64,000 nucleotides of DNA from Bacillota bacterium (lineage in GTDB: Bacteria > Bacillota > Clostridia > Christensenellales > Aristaeellaceae). Shown piece by piece: positions 29,842 through 38,849 of the stretch. The stretch spans positions 8,172 through 72,171 of the forward strand of contig JAFADG010000045.1 in NCBI GenBank assembly GCA_023425025.1. The letters are read 5' to 3'. Numbering within the stretch: position 1 is the stretch's first letter; each line of letters opens with the position of its first letter. The translations under genes and the position numbers were made by a program. The notes under the pieces are model-generated. The model worked only from the letters and a program-made list of their open reading frames with translations, was not told the DNA's origin and ran no database searches.

Positions 29842-30642
29842 ATGGAAACATTCGATTATTTGAACGCCTATTACAGCAATCATGATGAGGATGTAAGGCT
29901 TGCATCCAAACACGGTCAGGTGGAGTATTTAACCACCATGCGCTATATCACCCGCTATCTTCAGCCGGACATGCGCCTATTGGAGGTAGGATTGGGCACC
30001 GGCCGGTACGCCCACGCCCTAGCGCGGAGGGGCTGCACGGTGGACGCGGTGGAGCTGATCCCCCACAACATTGAGATCTTCAAAAGCAATACCCGGCTGG
30101 GGGAGAAGGTTTCCATCCACCAGGGCAATGCCCTGGACCTTACGGAATTTGAAGACGGGACCTATGACATGACCCTTGTGCTGGGCACCATGTATCACCT
30201 GTATACCACGGAAGATCAGTTGAAGGCTTTGAGCGAGGCGCTGCGGGTGACAAAACAGGGCGGCATCGTTTTTGTTGCCTACTGTATCAGCGACGCGTGG
30301 GTGATCGGGTCCGGCTTCAAAACAGGCAATGCCATGGCACTATTGGAAACGGGCCGTTTGGACCCTGTGACCTTCAAGGCTTATTCTACTCCGGCGGAGG
30401 TATTTCATCGCTGCCGCAAGGAAGACATCGACGCGCTGATGGCGCATTTTCCCGTGGCACGGCTGCACTATGCGGCCACCGACTTGATGACCAACCACAT
30501 GCGGGAAACCGTGGACGCCATGGATGACGGCCTGTTTGAACTGTATTTGAAATACCACTTTTCCATTTGTGAAAGGCCGGACATGGTGGGGCTCACCCAC
30601 CACAGCCTGGATATTTTCAAAAAAGGCCTTGCGGATGGATGA
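29842..30642 (+). CDS. class I SAM-dependent methyltransferase
   Basis: Motif I LLEVGLGTGRYAHALARRG. Strong sigma-70-type promoter 50 nt upstream. Start is either the ATG at 29842 or the GTG at 29827. Confidence 0.8.
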   Translation: METFDYLNAYYSNHDEDVRLASKHGQVEYLTTMRYITRYLQPDMRLLEVGLGTGRYAHALARRGCTVDAVELIPHNIEIFKSNTRLGEKVSIHQGNALDLTEFEDGTYDMTLVLGTMYHLYTTEDQLKALSEALRVTKQGGIVFVAYCISDAWVIGSGFKTGNAMALLETGRLDPVTFKAYSTPAEVFHRCRKEDIDALMAHFPVARLHYAATDLMTNHMRETVDAMDDGLFELYLKYHFSICERPDMVGLTHHSLDIFKKGLADG

Positions 30643-31528
30643 ATGCCCGGCGGCCCTGGAATACACTTACTTAAAAAATGGAAGGGTGAGCGGGTTGAAA
30701 CGTAAAATCGCGAAGCTTCTTCGTGGCGTGCCGGCGGTGGATGGGGCCGGGGTCCGGCTGGTCCGCGTATTAGGCTACCATGACGTGTATGACTTTGATC
30801 CTTTTTTGATGCTGGATTCCTTTGATTCCCAAAATCCCGACGATTATGTCCGCGGCTTTCCCATGCATCCCCACCGGGGCATTGAAACCATCACGTACCT
30901 GATTGAGGGAAAGATCGAGCATCAGGATAGTTTGGGAAACAAAGGCGTCATCCTTTCCGGGCAAAGCCAGTGGATGACGGCGGGGCGCGGCATCCTGCAC
31001 CAGGAAATGCCCAAGCCCTCCGAACGCATGCTGGGCTTTCAATTGTGGTTGAACCTGCCCAAAGCGGAAAAGCTGTGCGAGCCGGCCTATTTTGAAATCG
31101 CAGAGGAAATGATTCCTGTCGTCAAAACGGAGGGGATCGAAGTGCGGGTTATTGCCGGCAGCTACGGCGGCGCCGTTGGACCCAGACCCAGGCACATACA
31201 AGCCACGCTATTGGATATAAGCCTGGAGGAGGGCGCCACGTTAACGCTGGATACAAAGCCGGAGGAGACGGTATTCGCGTTTGTCATCCTGGGCAGCGCC
31301 TTTGCCGGCGGGCAGCCTTTGGAGGAGAAAACCGCCGTGCTGTTTGGGCCGGGGGATACGGCGGAGGTCACCGCGTCGGAGCATCAGGACGCACGGGTGA
31401 TCTTCTTTTGCGGAAAGCCCGTGAAGGAACCCATCGCCTGGGGCGGGCCGATTGTAATGAATACCGAGGAGGAGCTTAATCAGGCGTTTCGGGAGCTGCG
31501 GGAAGGGACGTTTATTTCGACCCGTTAG
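30635..31528 (+). CDS. pirin-family protein
   Basis: Bicupin with the metal motif FPMHPHRGIETITYLIEG. Start uncertain: the ATG at 30635 overlaps the methyltransferase stop, and a TTG at 30695 is an alternative. Confidence 0.88.
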   Translation: MDECPAALEYTYLKNGRVSGLKRKIAKLLRGVPAVDGAGVRLVRVLGYHDVYDFDPFLMLDSFDSQNPDDYVRGFPMHPHRGIETITYLIEGKIEHQDSLGNKGVILSGQSQWMTAGRGILHQEMPKPSERMLGFQLWLNLPKAEKLCEPAYFEIAEEMIPVVKTEGIEVRVIAGSYGGAVGPRPRHIQATLLDISLEEGATLTLDTKPEETVFAFVILGSAFAGGQPLEEKTAVLFGPGDTAEVTASEHQDARVIFFCGKPVKEPIAWGGPIVMNTEEELNQAFRELREGTFISTR

Positions 31529-32178
31529 TGTGCCTCAATATACGCCTTAATCTGCCCATGCCATTCATCCGGCTCATATACGCCGATCTGAGTATCTTCT
31601 GAAAACAACAAATCCACCAGGTGCCGGGGCCTTTTCCCTCCGATATGCATAGCCTTCACACACGAAACGCAATAGACCACCACGTCCTCACAGGGCATTT
31701 CATCTGCCCTGTTTTTCATGTACTCCTTGACCTTTTCTACCGGCAGCTGCCCGTACAGGCTGTCGCCGCAGCAGATGGATTTTTCCCTTGTATGCTCCGG
31801 CTCTACCACCCTGATGTTCATGCGGGCAAGCAATGCGCGCACCGCGTCGTGTACCCGCTTTTCCGCGCGGGTAGGGCAGGCGTCATGGATGGTCATGGGC
31901 TGTCCGTGATAATCGGGAAAGAGAAAGGCGTCGATTTCTGCTAATTTCTCCCAGATAGATGCGGTAGAAATCCCCTCGTACAGCGAGCGGAAGCGCCGGT
32001 CGCAGCCCGAGCAAGTGGTGATGATTTGGGTGCCGTGCGCAAGGCCCGGCTCATGGTGGCAGCAAATGTGATGCTCGGGGATAGTTTCGCCGGCTTCATT
32101 CAGGAATGCGGTGATTTGATGGGCCAGGTGGGGCTTGTACAGCATCAGCGCACAGCCGGGGGCGTAGACTCTTGCCAT
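31525..32178 (-). CDS. cysteine-rich (CCG-type) Fe-S oxidoreductase-like protein
   Basis: 217 aa with two Cys-rich modules (HHICCHHEPG...TTCSGC and SICCGDS...VVYCVSC), resembling HdrB/GlpC-type CCG domains. Confidence 0.5.
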   Translation of the reverse strand: MARVYAPGCALMLYKPHLAHQITAFLNEAGETIPEHHICCHHEPGLAHGTQIITTCSGCDRRFRSLYEGISTASIWEKLAEIDAFLFPDYHGQPMTIHDACPTRAEKRVHDAVRALLARMNIRVVEPEHTREKSICCGDSLYGQLPVEKVKEYMKNRADEMPCEDVVVYCVSCVKAMHIGGKRPRHLVDLLFSEDTQIGVYEPDEWHGQIKAYIEAH

Positions 32179-32428
32179 AGGAGCCTCCTTGATGGGTAAA
32201 AAATATGTATATGCCTATTGTACAGGAAATAGAACAGGAAGTCTTTACTGTTTAAAGAAATGTAATTTTTCGGCATCTTTAATAAAGCAATTTGCTCGAT
32301 ATCCCTGCCGGATGGGTTTGCCGCGCAGAACCAATACGATTGTACCGGATGCCGCAAAAAAAGCAAAAATAATCAAGACCAAATTCCGGGCAAGGTTTAT
32401 AATAAGTATATCCTTGGGGGTGAGGGCG

Positions 32429-32803
32429 ATGGAAGATAAGGCGAGGGTACTGCAAACGATGCGGCACATTGATAAAAACCTTACGGAGCCGTTCAGCCTT
32501 GATGGGCTGGCCGGCATGGCGCACCTGTCAAAATACCACTACCACAGGCTTTTTCACAAGGTGGCGGGGGAATCCGTTGCCAAATATATCAGCAGACGGC
32601 GAATGGAAATAGCATCCTACGAATTGCTGTCAACCGACCAGCCCATTATTGACATTGCCTTAAAGTACCAATATGGCTCCCAGGAGGCTTTCTCCAGGGC
32701 TTTTAAAAGGGTGCATGGTGTTATGCCGGGCCAGTACAGGCGCATTCACGGTGCGCGTAGGGTCCAAAGCGGCATAAACGCAATGATGAAGCTTGCCGCT
32801 TGA
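32429..32803 (+). CDS. AraC-type HTH-only transcriptional regulator (124 aa)
   Basis: [23 protein letters not shown] ... [30 protein letters not shown]. No sensor domain. ATG at 32429 follows GGGGTGAGGG. Confidence 0.75.
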   Translation: MEDKARVLQTMRHIDKNLTEPFSLDGLAGMAHLSKYHYHRLFHKVAGESVAKYISRRRMEIASYELLSTDQPIIDIALKYQYGSQEAFSRAFKRVHGVMPGQYRRIHGARRVQSGINAMMKLAA

Positions 32804-32822
32804 CAGGCGAACAGGAGGGAAT

Positions 32823-33422
32823 ATGGGCTATCTGGTGCCAACGGTAATAGAACAGACGAACAGGGGCGAGCGCGCTTACGACATTTTTTCCAGGCTGCTC
32901 AATGACAGGGTGGTTATGCTCAACGGCGTGGTAAGCAATGAATCCGCCAGCGTGATCATTGCCCAGATGCTTTTTCTGGAATCAAGCGACTGCAATGCGG
33001 ACATCCACTTTTACATCAACAGCCCCGGCGGTTCCATTACGGATGGGCTCGCTATTCTGGATACGATGAATTATATCAAGTGTGATGTTTCGACTATCAG
33101 CATTGGTCAATCCGGCAGCGCCGGCTCGCTGCTTTTGGCGGCCGGCAAAAAGGGCAAACGGTTTGCGCTGAAAAACAGCGAGGTGCTCATTCACCAGCCG
33201 GCCATCTCCGGGGGGCTTTCCGGCCAGGCCACCGATATCAAAATCCACAGTGACTGGCTTGACAAAACAAAAGAAAGGCTCCACGCAATCTACAGCGAAT
33301 TGACGGGCCAGCCCCTTGCAAAGATCAAGGCCGACATGGAGCGGGATTTTTATATGACCGCCCAGCAGGCAGTGGAATATGGGCTGGTTGACAGGATATT
33401 GCTCAACCGTAACGAGCAGTGA
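32823..33422 (+). CDS. clpP: ATP-dependent Clp protease proteolytic subunit (paralogue-like)
   Basis: [22 protein letters not shown]. Ser-His-Asp context is retained ([24 protein letters not shown]). ATG at 32823 follows AGGAGGG, 19 nt after the AraC-HTH stop. Confidence 0.85.
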   Translation: MGYLVPTVIEQTNRGERAYDIFSRLLNDRVVMLNGVVSNESASVIIAQMLFLESSDCNADIHFYINSPGGSITDGLAILDTMNYIKCDVSTISIGQSGSAGSLLLAAGKKGKRFALKNSEVLIHQPAISGGLSGQATDIKIHSDWLDKTKERLHAIYSELTGQPLAKIKADMERDFYMTAQQAVEYGLVDRILLNRNEQ

Positions 33423-33443
33423 TGCGCTTGGAAACAAGACATA

Positions 33444-33482
33444 GAAAACGACGCAATGGCCGCTGGCCAGTGCGTCGTTTCT
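33444..33482. terminator. bidirectional terminator between convergent clpP and hypA
   Basis: GAAAACGACGCA / TGCGTCGTTTC stem. TTTTCTATG follows on the minus strand and TTTCTTAT on the plus strand. Confidence 0.6.
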
Positions 33483-33492
33483 TATATCCCAT

Positions 33493-33834
33493 CTACCCCG
33501 CCACAATCTCCTTGATCACAAACTCCCGCCCGCCCAGCACTTCGGGGCTTGCATCCCCGCAGGCCGGGCATTTTTTACGGTTTTTCAGGATATTGTACAC
33601 CCGGCCGCAGGCCCGGCAACGGCCGTTGCCGGGCAGAATTTCAATCTCCAGGCGCGTGTTTTCCAGCATCGTGCCATAGGCGGCGGCAGGGTAGCACTGC
33701 TCCACAAAATAGGGCACGACAGAAGACAGCTCGCCGATCTGCAATACCAGTGTTTCCACCCTTGTCACGTTCTGCGCTTTGGCGATGCCCTCCACTACCC
33801 GCACGATCTCGGCCACAATGCCCAGCTCATGCAT
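33493..33834 (-). CDS. hypA: hydrogenase/urease-type nickel incorporation protein HypA
   Basis: 113 aa. MHE N-terminal Ni motif and Zn site CRACG...CPACG. Its start overlaps the stop of the upstream flavoprotein by 8 nt. Confidence 0.9.
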   Translation of the reverse strand: MHELGIVAEIVRVVEGIAKAQNVTRVETLVLQIGELSSVVPYFVEQCYPAAAYGTMLENTRLEIEILPGNGRCRACGRVYNILKNRKKCPACGDASPEVLGGREFVIKEIVAG

Positions 33835-36565
33835 TCTGCGCCTCGCGGGTGAAGGATTTGCGCACCTTTTTGACGGCGATCTTGACCACGCGCTTGAGTG
33901 CGTGGGGCACCACGGCCTTTTTTAAGTTAAACAGCGTTACGCCTTCGCCGTCGTACTTGCGGGAAAGGGTAATGGCGTCAAACCGGCATTTGGTGGTGCA
34001 CTGGCCGCAGCCCACGCAAAGGAATTCATCCACCACCACCGCGCCGCAATGAAGGCACCGCTCGGTTTCCTTTTTCACCTGCTCCTGCGTAAAGGTCAGG
34101 CGCGCATCGGCAAAGGGACTGGCGGCCTTCTCGTGGGCGGCCTGCTGACGCGGCATGCGGTCAAAGCTATCAAGCAGCAGGTCTTCCTTGTTCAGCGCCT
34201 TGTATGCACGCCTGTCGCGGCCGAGCACCAAGCTTTGACCGGGCTGTACAAAGCGGTGGAGGGAGATTGCGCCCTGCTTGCCGGCGGCGATGGCGTCGAT
34301 GGCAAACTTCGGGCCGGTGTGAACATCGCCGCCGGCGAAGATATCCGGTTCGGCGGTTTGATAGGTGAAGCCGTCGGCCTGCACCGTACCGTTTTTGTTC
34401 AGGGCTGCCTTGGTGCCGTCCAGCAGCTTGCCCCAGTCGATGCTCTGGCCGATGGATAAGAGAATATGGTCGGCTTCCACTATGATGGTTTCGCTCTCAT
34501 CATACTTGGGCGCGAACCTTCCGCTTTCATCAAACACGGATACGCAGCGCTTGAATTCCATGCCCTTTACACGGCCGTTTTCTACGATGATCCTTTTCGG
34601 CCCCCAACCGTTTTCGATATGTATGCCTTCCTGCTGCGCTTCCTCGATCTCTTCGGGCAGGGCCGGCATTTCCCTTTCGCTCTCCAGGCAGTACATCACG
34701 ACCCCGGCCTTTGTCAGCCGCGCGGCGGTCCGGGCTACGTCCACCGCCACGTTGCCGCCGCCGATGACCAGCGTGCGGCCGGAAAGGGGAACATCCTCCC
34801 CAAGGGTTACGCGGCGGATAAAATCGATGCCGTTTTGCATGCCCTGGGCATCCTCGCCCTCGATGTTCAATTTCCGCCCCGCCTGGGCGCCGATGGCGAT
34901 ATAGAACGCCTCAAAGCCTTGTTCGCGAAGCTGTGCAATGGTCACATCGCGGCCTACTTCCACCCCTGTTTGTATGGTAACGCCAAGCTCCTTCACAATA
35001 TTGATCTCGGCCTTGACCACATCTTTTGTCAGGCGGAAGGCGGGAATGCCGAACATCAGCATGCCGCCCGGCTCCTTCTCCTTTTCAAACACGGTGACGT
35101 TGTACCCGTCGATGGCCAGGTAATAGGCGCAGGAAAGGCCCGCGGGGCCGGCGCCGATAACGGCGATCTTCTTTTGATAATCATGGCGCTTTTGCGGCAT
35201 AAATCGGTGCTGCGCATTCAGATCCTGCTGGGCGATGAACTTTTTGATTTCATCGATGGCGATGGGCTCGTCCACCTCCGCCCTGGTGCATGCGCTTTCG
35301 CAGCGCCTGTTGCAAATGCGGCCGCACACCGCGGGGAAGGGGTTTTCCTTTTTGATCAGTTCCAGCGCGTCGCAGAACCTACCCTGGGCGGCCAGCTTGA
35401 TGTAGCCCTGTATGCCAATGTGGGCGGGGCACTCGGTTTTGCAGGGCGCGGTGCCGGTATCCACCACGTTTTTGCGGTTGGTGCGGTAATCCGGGTTCCA
35501 GTGATCGGGCGTCCAGTGTGTGTCTCTGGGTGTGTCTTTACGTATGATCTTCTCCGGCACAGGCTTTTTGGAGCAGACCTTTTGCCCCAATTGCAGGGCG
35601 TTCACCGGGCAGTTTTCCACGCACTGGCCGCAAGCCACGCACTTTTCCCGGTCGACTTGCGATACATAGTTGGAGCGCACCATGTCGGCGTTTAAGAACA
35701 TTTCCGCCGTGCGCATGGAAAAGCAGCCGCAGCCGCAGCAGTTGCAAATGGCGTGGGTATGGCCGCTGCCGTCCAGGTTGGGGATCTCGTGCATCAGCCC
35801 GTTTTCCTCGGCCCGGCGCAGGATGGCGTAAACTTCATCCTTATTGACTTCGCGGCCCCGGCCGGTGCGGATGTAATACTCGGCGGCGTGGCCCATTTGT
35901 ATGCACATGTCTTCTTTCAGGTGCCCGCAGCCCTCGCCCATGATTTCCCTTGCGGTGCGGCAGGAGCAGTTGGATACGGAGAAGATGGTGTTCGCCTCGA
36001 TATACTTGGATAATTCCTCATACGATGCCCGGCGGCTTTCGCCGTCGATGGCCTTTTCGATGGGGATGACCCGCATCAGCCCGATGCCCACCGGTGTGAG
36101 GCCCACGGTTTTTCCGCCGCGCAGACGGCCATAGGCCTCAAAAGCCTGGGCAATCTGCGGGTATTTTTTTGCGTTGGTGGGGTGGTTGGTCATCATCTCC
36201 ATGATGCCGGGCACCCAGGTGTCGTACCAGAACGTATCCTTGCCATCAATGGTATTGACAAAGCACACCCCGGCGTCGGCCAGCTCCAATAAGATGCGGT
36301 AGCATTCATCGACAGGCTTGTCCATCCGCCGGCTGATGGCCTCCGCCGTCACCTTTTCTTGGAGTGCCATGCTCATGCAAACTTCCGCCATTTCATCCGT
36401 TACCACCGGCTCCAAGATCAAATACTCCGGATCGCTGAAGGTATAGGCATCCCTGGCGCCGGGCTTTTTGCGGCCGATATGGTTGGCCAGGGCCAGCACC
36501 TTTACACTGCCGGTGCGCTGCGGTGGTACCTGTATGCCGGGCTGTAACGGATGGGTTTGTGCCAT
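33827..36565 (-). CDS. 912-aa multidomain Fe-S flavoprotein: Cys-rich N-terminal module + ferredoxin motif + GltD-like FAD/NAD(P)H oxidoreductase + C-terminal ferredoxin-like motif
   Basis: N-terminal module has CSCRTAREIMGEGCGH and HAICNCCGCGCFSMR. A CVACGQCVENCP motif follows. The GltD-like Fe-S region is CPAHIGIQGYI...VCGRICNRRCESACTR, with KIAVIGAGPAGLSCAYYL (FAD) and LVIGGGNVAVDVARTA (NAD(P)H). C-terminal CLHCG...CVGCGQCTTKC. ATG at 36565 follows AAGGGGGA. Confidence 0.8.
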   Translation of the reverse strand: MAQTHPLQPGIQVPPQRTGSVKVLALANHIGRKKPGARDAYTFSDPEYLILEPVVTDEMAEVCMSMALQEKVTAEAISRRMDKPVDECYRILLELADAGVCFVNTIDGKDTFWYDTWVPGIMEMMTNHPTNAKKYPQIAQAFEAYGRLRGGKTVGLTPVGIGLMRVIPIEKAIDGESRRASYEELSKYIEANTIFSVSNCSCRTAREIMGEGCGHLKEDMCIQMGHAAEYYIRTGRGREVNKDEVYAILRRAEENGLMHEIPNLDGSGHTHAICNCCGCGCFSMRTAEMFLNADMVRSNYVSQVDREKCVACGQCVENCPVNALQLGQKVCSKKPVPEKIIRKDTPRDTHWTPDHWNPDYRTNRKNVVDTGTAPCKTECPAHIGIQGYIKLAAQGRFCDALELIKKENPFPAVCGRICNRRCESACTRAEVDEPIAIDEIKKFIAQQDLNAQHRFMPQKRHDYQKKIAVIGAGPAGLSCAYYLAIDGYNVTVFEKEKEPGGMLMFGIPAFRLTKDVVKAEINIVKELGVTIQTGVEVGRDVTIAQLREQGFEAFYIAIGAQAGRKLNIEGEDAQGMQNGIDFIRRVTLGEDVPLSGRTLVIGGGNVAVDVARTAARLTKAGVVMYCLESEREMPALPEEIEEAQQEGIHIENGWGPKRIIVENGRVKGMEFKRCVSVFDESGRFAPKYDESETIIVEADHILLSIGQSIDWGKLLDGTKAALNKNGTVQADGFTYQTAEPDIFAGGDVHTGPKFAIDAIAAGKQGAISLHRFVQPGQSLVLGRDRRAYKALNKEDLLLDSFDRMPRQQAAHEKAASPFADARLTFTQEQVKKETERCLHCGAVVVDEFLCVGCGQCTTKCRFDAITLSRKYDGEGVTLFNLKKAVVPHALKRVVKIAVKKVRKSFTREAQNA

Positions 36566-36778
36566 GATCGGTTCCCCCTTATGTGATGCTGATGAATGAA
36601 CGGGCGTATTGTATATCCTTGCTTGGCATGGATATATGAGGCTTGGCGGGCGGTTGATAACCGTCCCTACGCTGATGGGCATAATTGTATTGTATGCCCC
36701 AGCAGATATTATTCCGGCAGTGAAGCCAATAAGCAATCAAAGCCGTAGGGGCGAATGATCATTCGCCCGTATTTACGG

Positions 36779-37573
36779 TCATTCCCGCGTGAGTTTGAGA
36801 ACGTCTCCAGAGGCTTCCCCCTGGGGGGAAGCTGTCATCGAAGGTGACTGATGAGGGGGCATACCCAGGCCAGATAAATGCAGCGAAAGCACCTCATCCG
36901 GCGCTTCCTTCCGCCACGCTTCCACCTCGCCGCGCAGCCAGGCCGCCCATTCCTCCAGCCCCTCGCCAGTGCGCGCGCAAATGGGGATCACCCTGGCGCT
37001 GGGGTTGAGCCTGGCCACCCGCTCCCTGACCTTCTGCACATCAAAATCAAAATACGGCAGCACGTCGATTTTGTTGATCAGCACCACATCGCAAATGGTA
37101 AACATCAGCGGATACTTCAAGGGCTTGTCATCCCCCTCAGGCACGGAGAGGATCATGACGTTTTTGATGGCGCCGGTATCAAACTCCGCGGGGCAGACCA
37201 GGTTGCCCACGTTTTCCAGTATCGCCAGGTCAATATCGTCTGTGCCAAAGCCCTTTAGCCCTTCGCGGGTCATGCCGGCATCCAGGTGGCACATGCCGCC
37301 GGTATGCAATTGGATGACCTTTACGCCGGTTTCGGCGATGGCCTTCGCATCCACATCGGAATCGATGTCGGCTTCCATGACGCCGATGGAAAATGCATCC
37401 TTCAAAAGCGCAATGGTTCCTTTTAAGGTTGTGGTTTTCCCCGCACCGGGGGAGGACATGAGGTTTAACAGGAACACGCCCTTTTCCGTAAGCTCTGCGC
37501 GCAGGCGGCTGGCCTCCCGGTCATTGTCCGCAAATACGCTTTGCTTGATCTCCAGTATGCGAAAATTGCTCAT
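36779..37573 (-). CDS. hypB: nickel-chaperone GTPase HypB, with a roughly 40-aa C-terminal tail encoded by a repeat element
   Basis: P-loop SSPGAGKTT, ENVGNLVCPAEFD, and NKIDVL. The last roughly 40 codons (EAPDEVLSLHLSGLGMPPHQSPSMTASPQGEASGDVLKLTRE) read through repeat family B (36810-36905). Confidence 0.88.
   Translation of the reverse strand: MSNFRILEIKQSVFADNDREASRLRAELTEKGVFLLNLMSSPGAGKTTTLKGTIALLKDAFSIGVMEADIDSDVDAKAIAETGVKVIQLHTGGMCHLDAGMTREGLKGFGTDDIDLAILENVGNLVCPAEFDTGAIKNVMILSVPEGDDKPLKYPLMFTICDVVLINKIDVLPYFDFDVQKVRERVARLNPSARVIPICARTGEGLEEWAAWLRGEVEAWRKEAPDEVLSLHLSGLGMPPHQSPSMTASPQGEASGDVLKLTRE
36810..36905 (+). repeat. structured repeat, family B, truncated copy overlapping the hypB 3' end
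   Basis: GAGGCTTCCCCctggGGGGAAGCTGTCATCGAAGGTGACTGATGAGGGGGC...GCACCTCATCCGGCGC. Matches the reverse complement of 43258-43384 in all conserved stems. Confidence 0.8.
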
Positions 37574-37594
37574 GTTGTTTTCTCCGTTATTCCA

Positions 37595-38596
37595 TCAAAT
37601 TGCCACGGTATGCGTTTGGGCCAGTTCCTTCACCGCACGATACGCTTTGAGGTCGGTGTACAGCTCGCCCTTGTAGGGGTTGCGACGGGTCTTGCGTGCC
37701 TTGTAAACCATATAAACCAATACGCCGATGTTGGCAAGCAGCGCCAAGGCGCTTACGATGAAGTAGATGGTGGGATTGTAGGTGGAATTCACGCGGAAAG
37801 CCCCCGCATCCTGGAACATGGGGAAGGTTTGCGCGAACATGCACCACAGCGCCAGCGTTTGCGCCCGGTGCTGCAGCCAGGCGCCCTTGCCCACCGTAAA
37901 GGAGCACAGCGTCGGCGCCAGCAGCAGCGCAAAGCCGCAATACCAGGCGTGGTGGGGCAGGCAGTTGTAGGTGTAGGCAAAGTTCCAAAGGTCATAGGCG
38001 ATGATCCAGAACCAGAGCATATCGGGCCAGAGCATATCCCGGCTGCCGTCCGACTTGGTTGCCTTGCGCAGGCAGATGCCGAACCAGCCCGTGATGGTGA
38101 TAATGTTCAAAAGACCCGCGATGGCGTTCATATAGTTCCAGGGGCCGCCCATGAGCAGAACGGGTACGTCGGCGGCAGCATCCTGGGCCATGACGGCGTA
38201 TGTGATGCCCACCTCGATATCCCGGGCGCAGGCTTCCAGTATGTTGACGGCCAGGATCAGCGGCGGAAAGCACAAGGCGATCCTGTTATCCGCCAGCCTC
38301 CACTCCTTGCCGTTCTTGCGCTTGCCCTTCAAATGGCGGATGCACCAGAAGCCGATGCAGCCGGCCGTGGACGAATACACCTTGGCCAGGTGAAACCAGT
38401 CGGTATAGGTGCTGGATTTCAGCACCGTGAACCAAAGCACGGAAAGCACCGCGGGCAGCACCACAAAGCAGAAAAAGCCCATCCACTTGAAGCGCCGCGA
38501 CACCTCGTTCAAGGCAAACAACACTGACAGCACCAGCAGCCAGATGAGCAGCGAAGAAACGAAGGTTGCACCTTCCGCGTAATTGAACGTGAACAT
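37595..38596 (-). CDS. polytopic membrane protein of unknown function (about 9-10 TM, Trp/aromatic-rich)
   Basis: 333 aa and strongly hydrophobic. ATG at 38596 follows GGGAGGA. Ends 21 nt upstream of hypB. I saw none of the Ni/Co permease signatures I know (NiCoT HX4DH, HupE). Confidence 0.7.
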   Translation of the reverse strand: MFTFNYAEGATFVSSLLIWLLVLSVLFALNEVSRRFKWMGFFCFVVLPAVLSVLWFTVLKSSTYTDWFHLAKVYSSTAGCIGFWCIRHLKGKRKNGKEWRLADNRIALCFPPLILAVNILEACARDIEVGITYAVMAQDAAADVPVLLMGGPWNYMNAIAGLLNIITITGWFGICLRKATKSDGSRDMLWPDMLWFWIIAYDLWNFAYTYNCLPHHAWYCGFALLLAPTLCSFTVGKGAWLQHRAQTLALWCMFAQTFPMFQDAGAFRVNSTYNPTIYFIVSALALLANIGVLVYMVYKARKTRRNPYKGELYTDLKAYRAVKELAQTHTVAI

Positions 38597-38849
38597 GTTA
38601 TTCCTCCCACGCCTGTGTTTGCTTTGGGTTTCAGATGGGAAAACGGATGATGAGGACGGTATGATAGTGGACAGACCAGAGTGTAACAAGAATGTTATCA
38701 GTTTAACATTCTGCTTTGCGTACTGTCAATAGAACGCGGAAAAATCAAGCGGTAACAAGCGTTTTTCTTGCAGGATTCATTAAAATGATATATCATAAAT
38801 ACACGTGGTCCGTGGTTGAACCAGTATCAAGGAAGGCCGGGGTATCGCC

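Noticed and set aside
29528-29905. 125-aa minus-strand ORF in the speD/methyltransferase divergent region
   Set aside because: It overlaps the methyltransferase start and both promoters, has Cys/Arg/Pro-rich composition, and has no ribosome-binding site.
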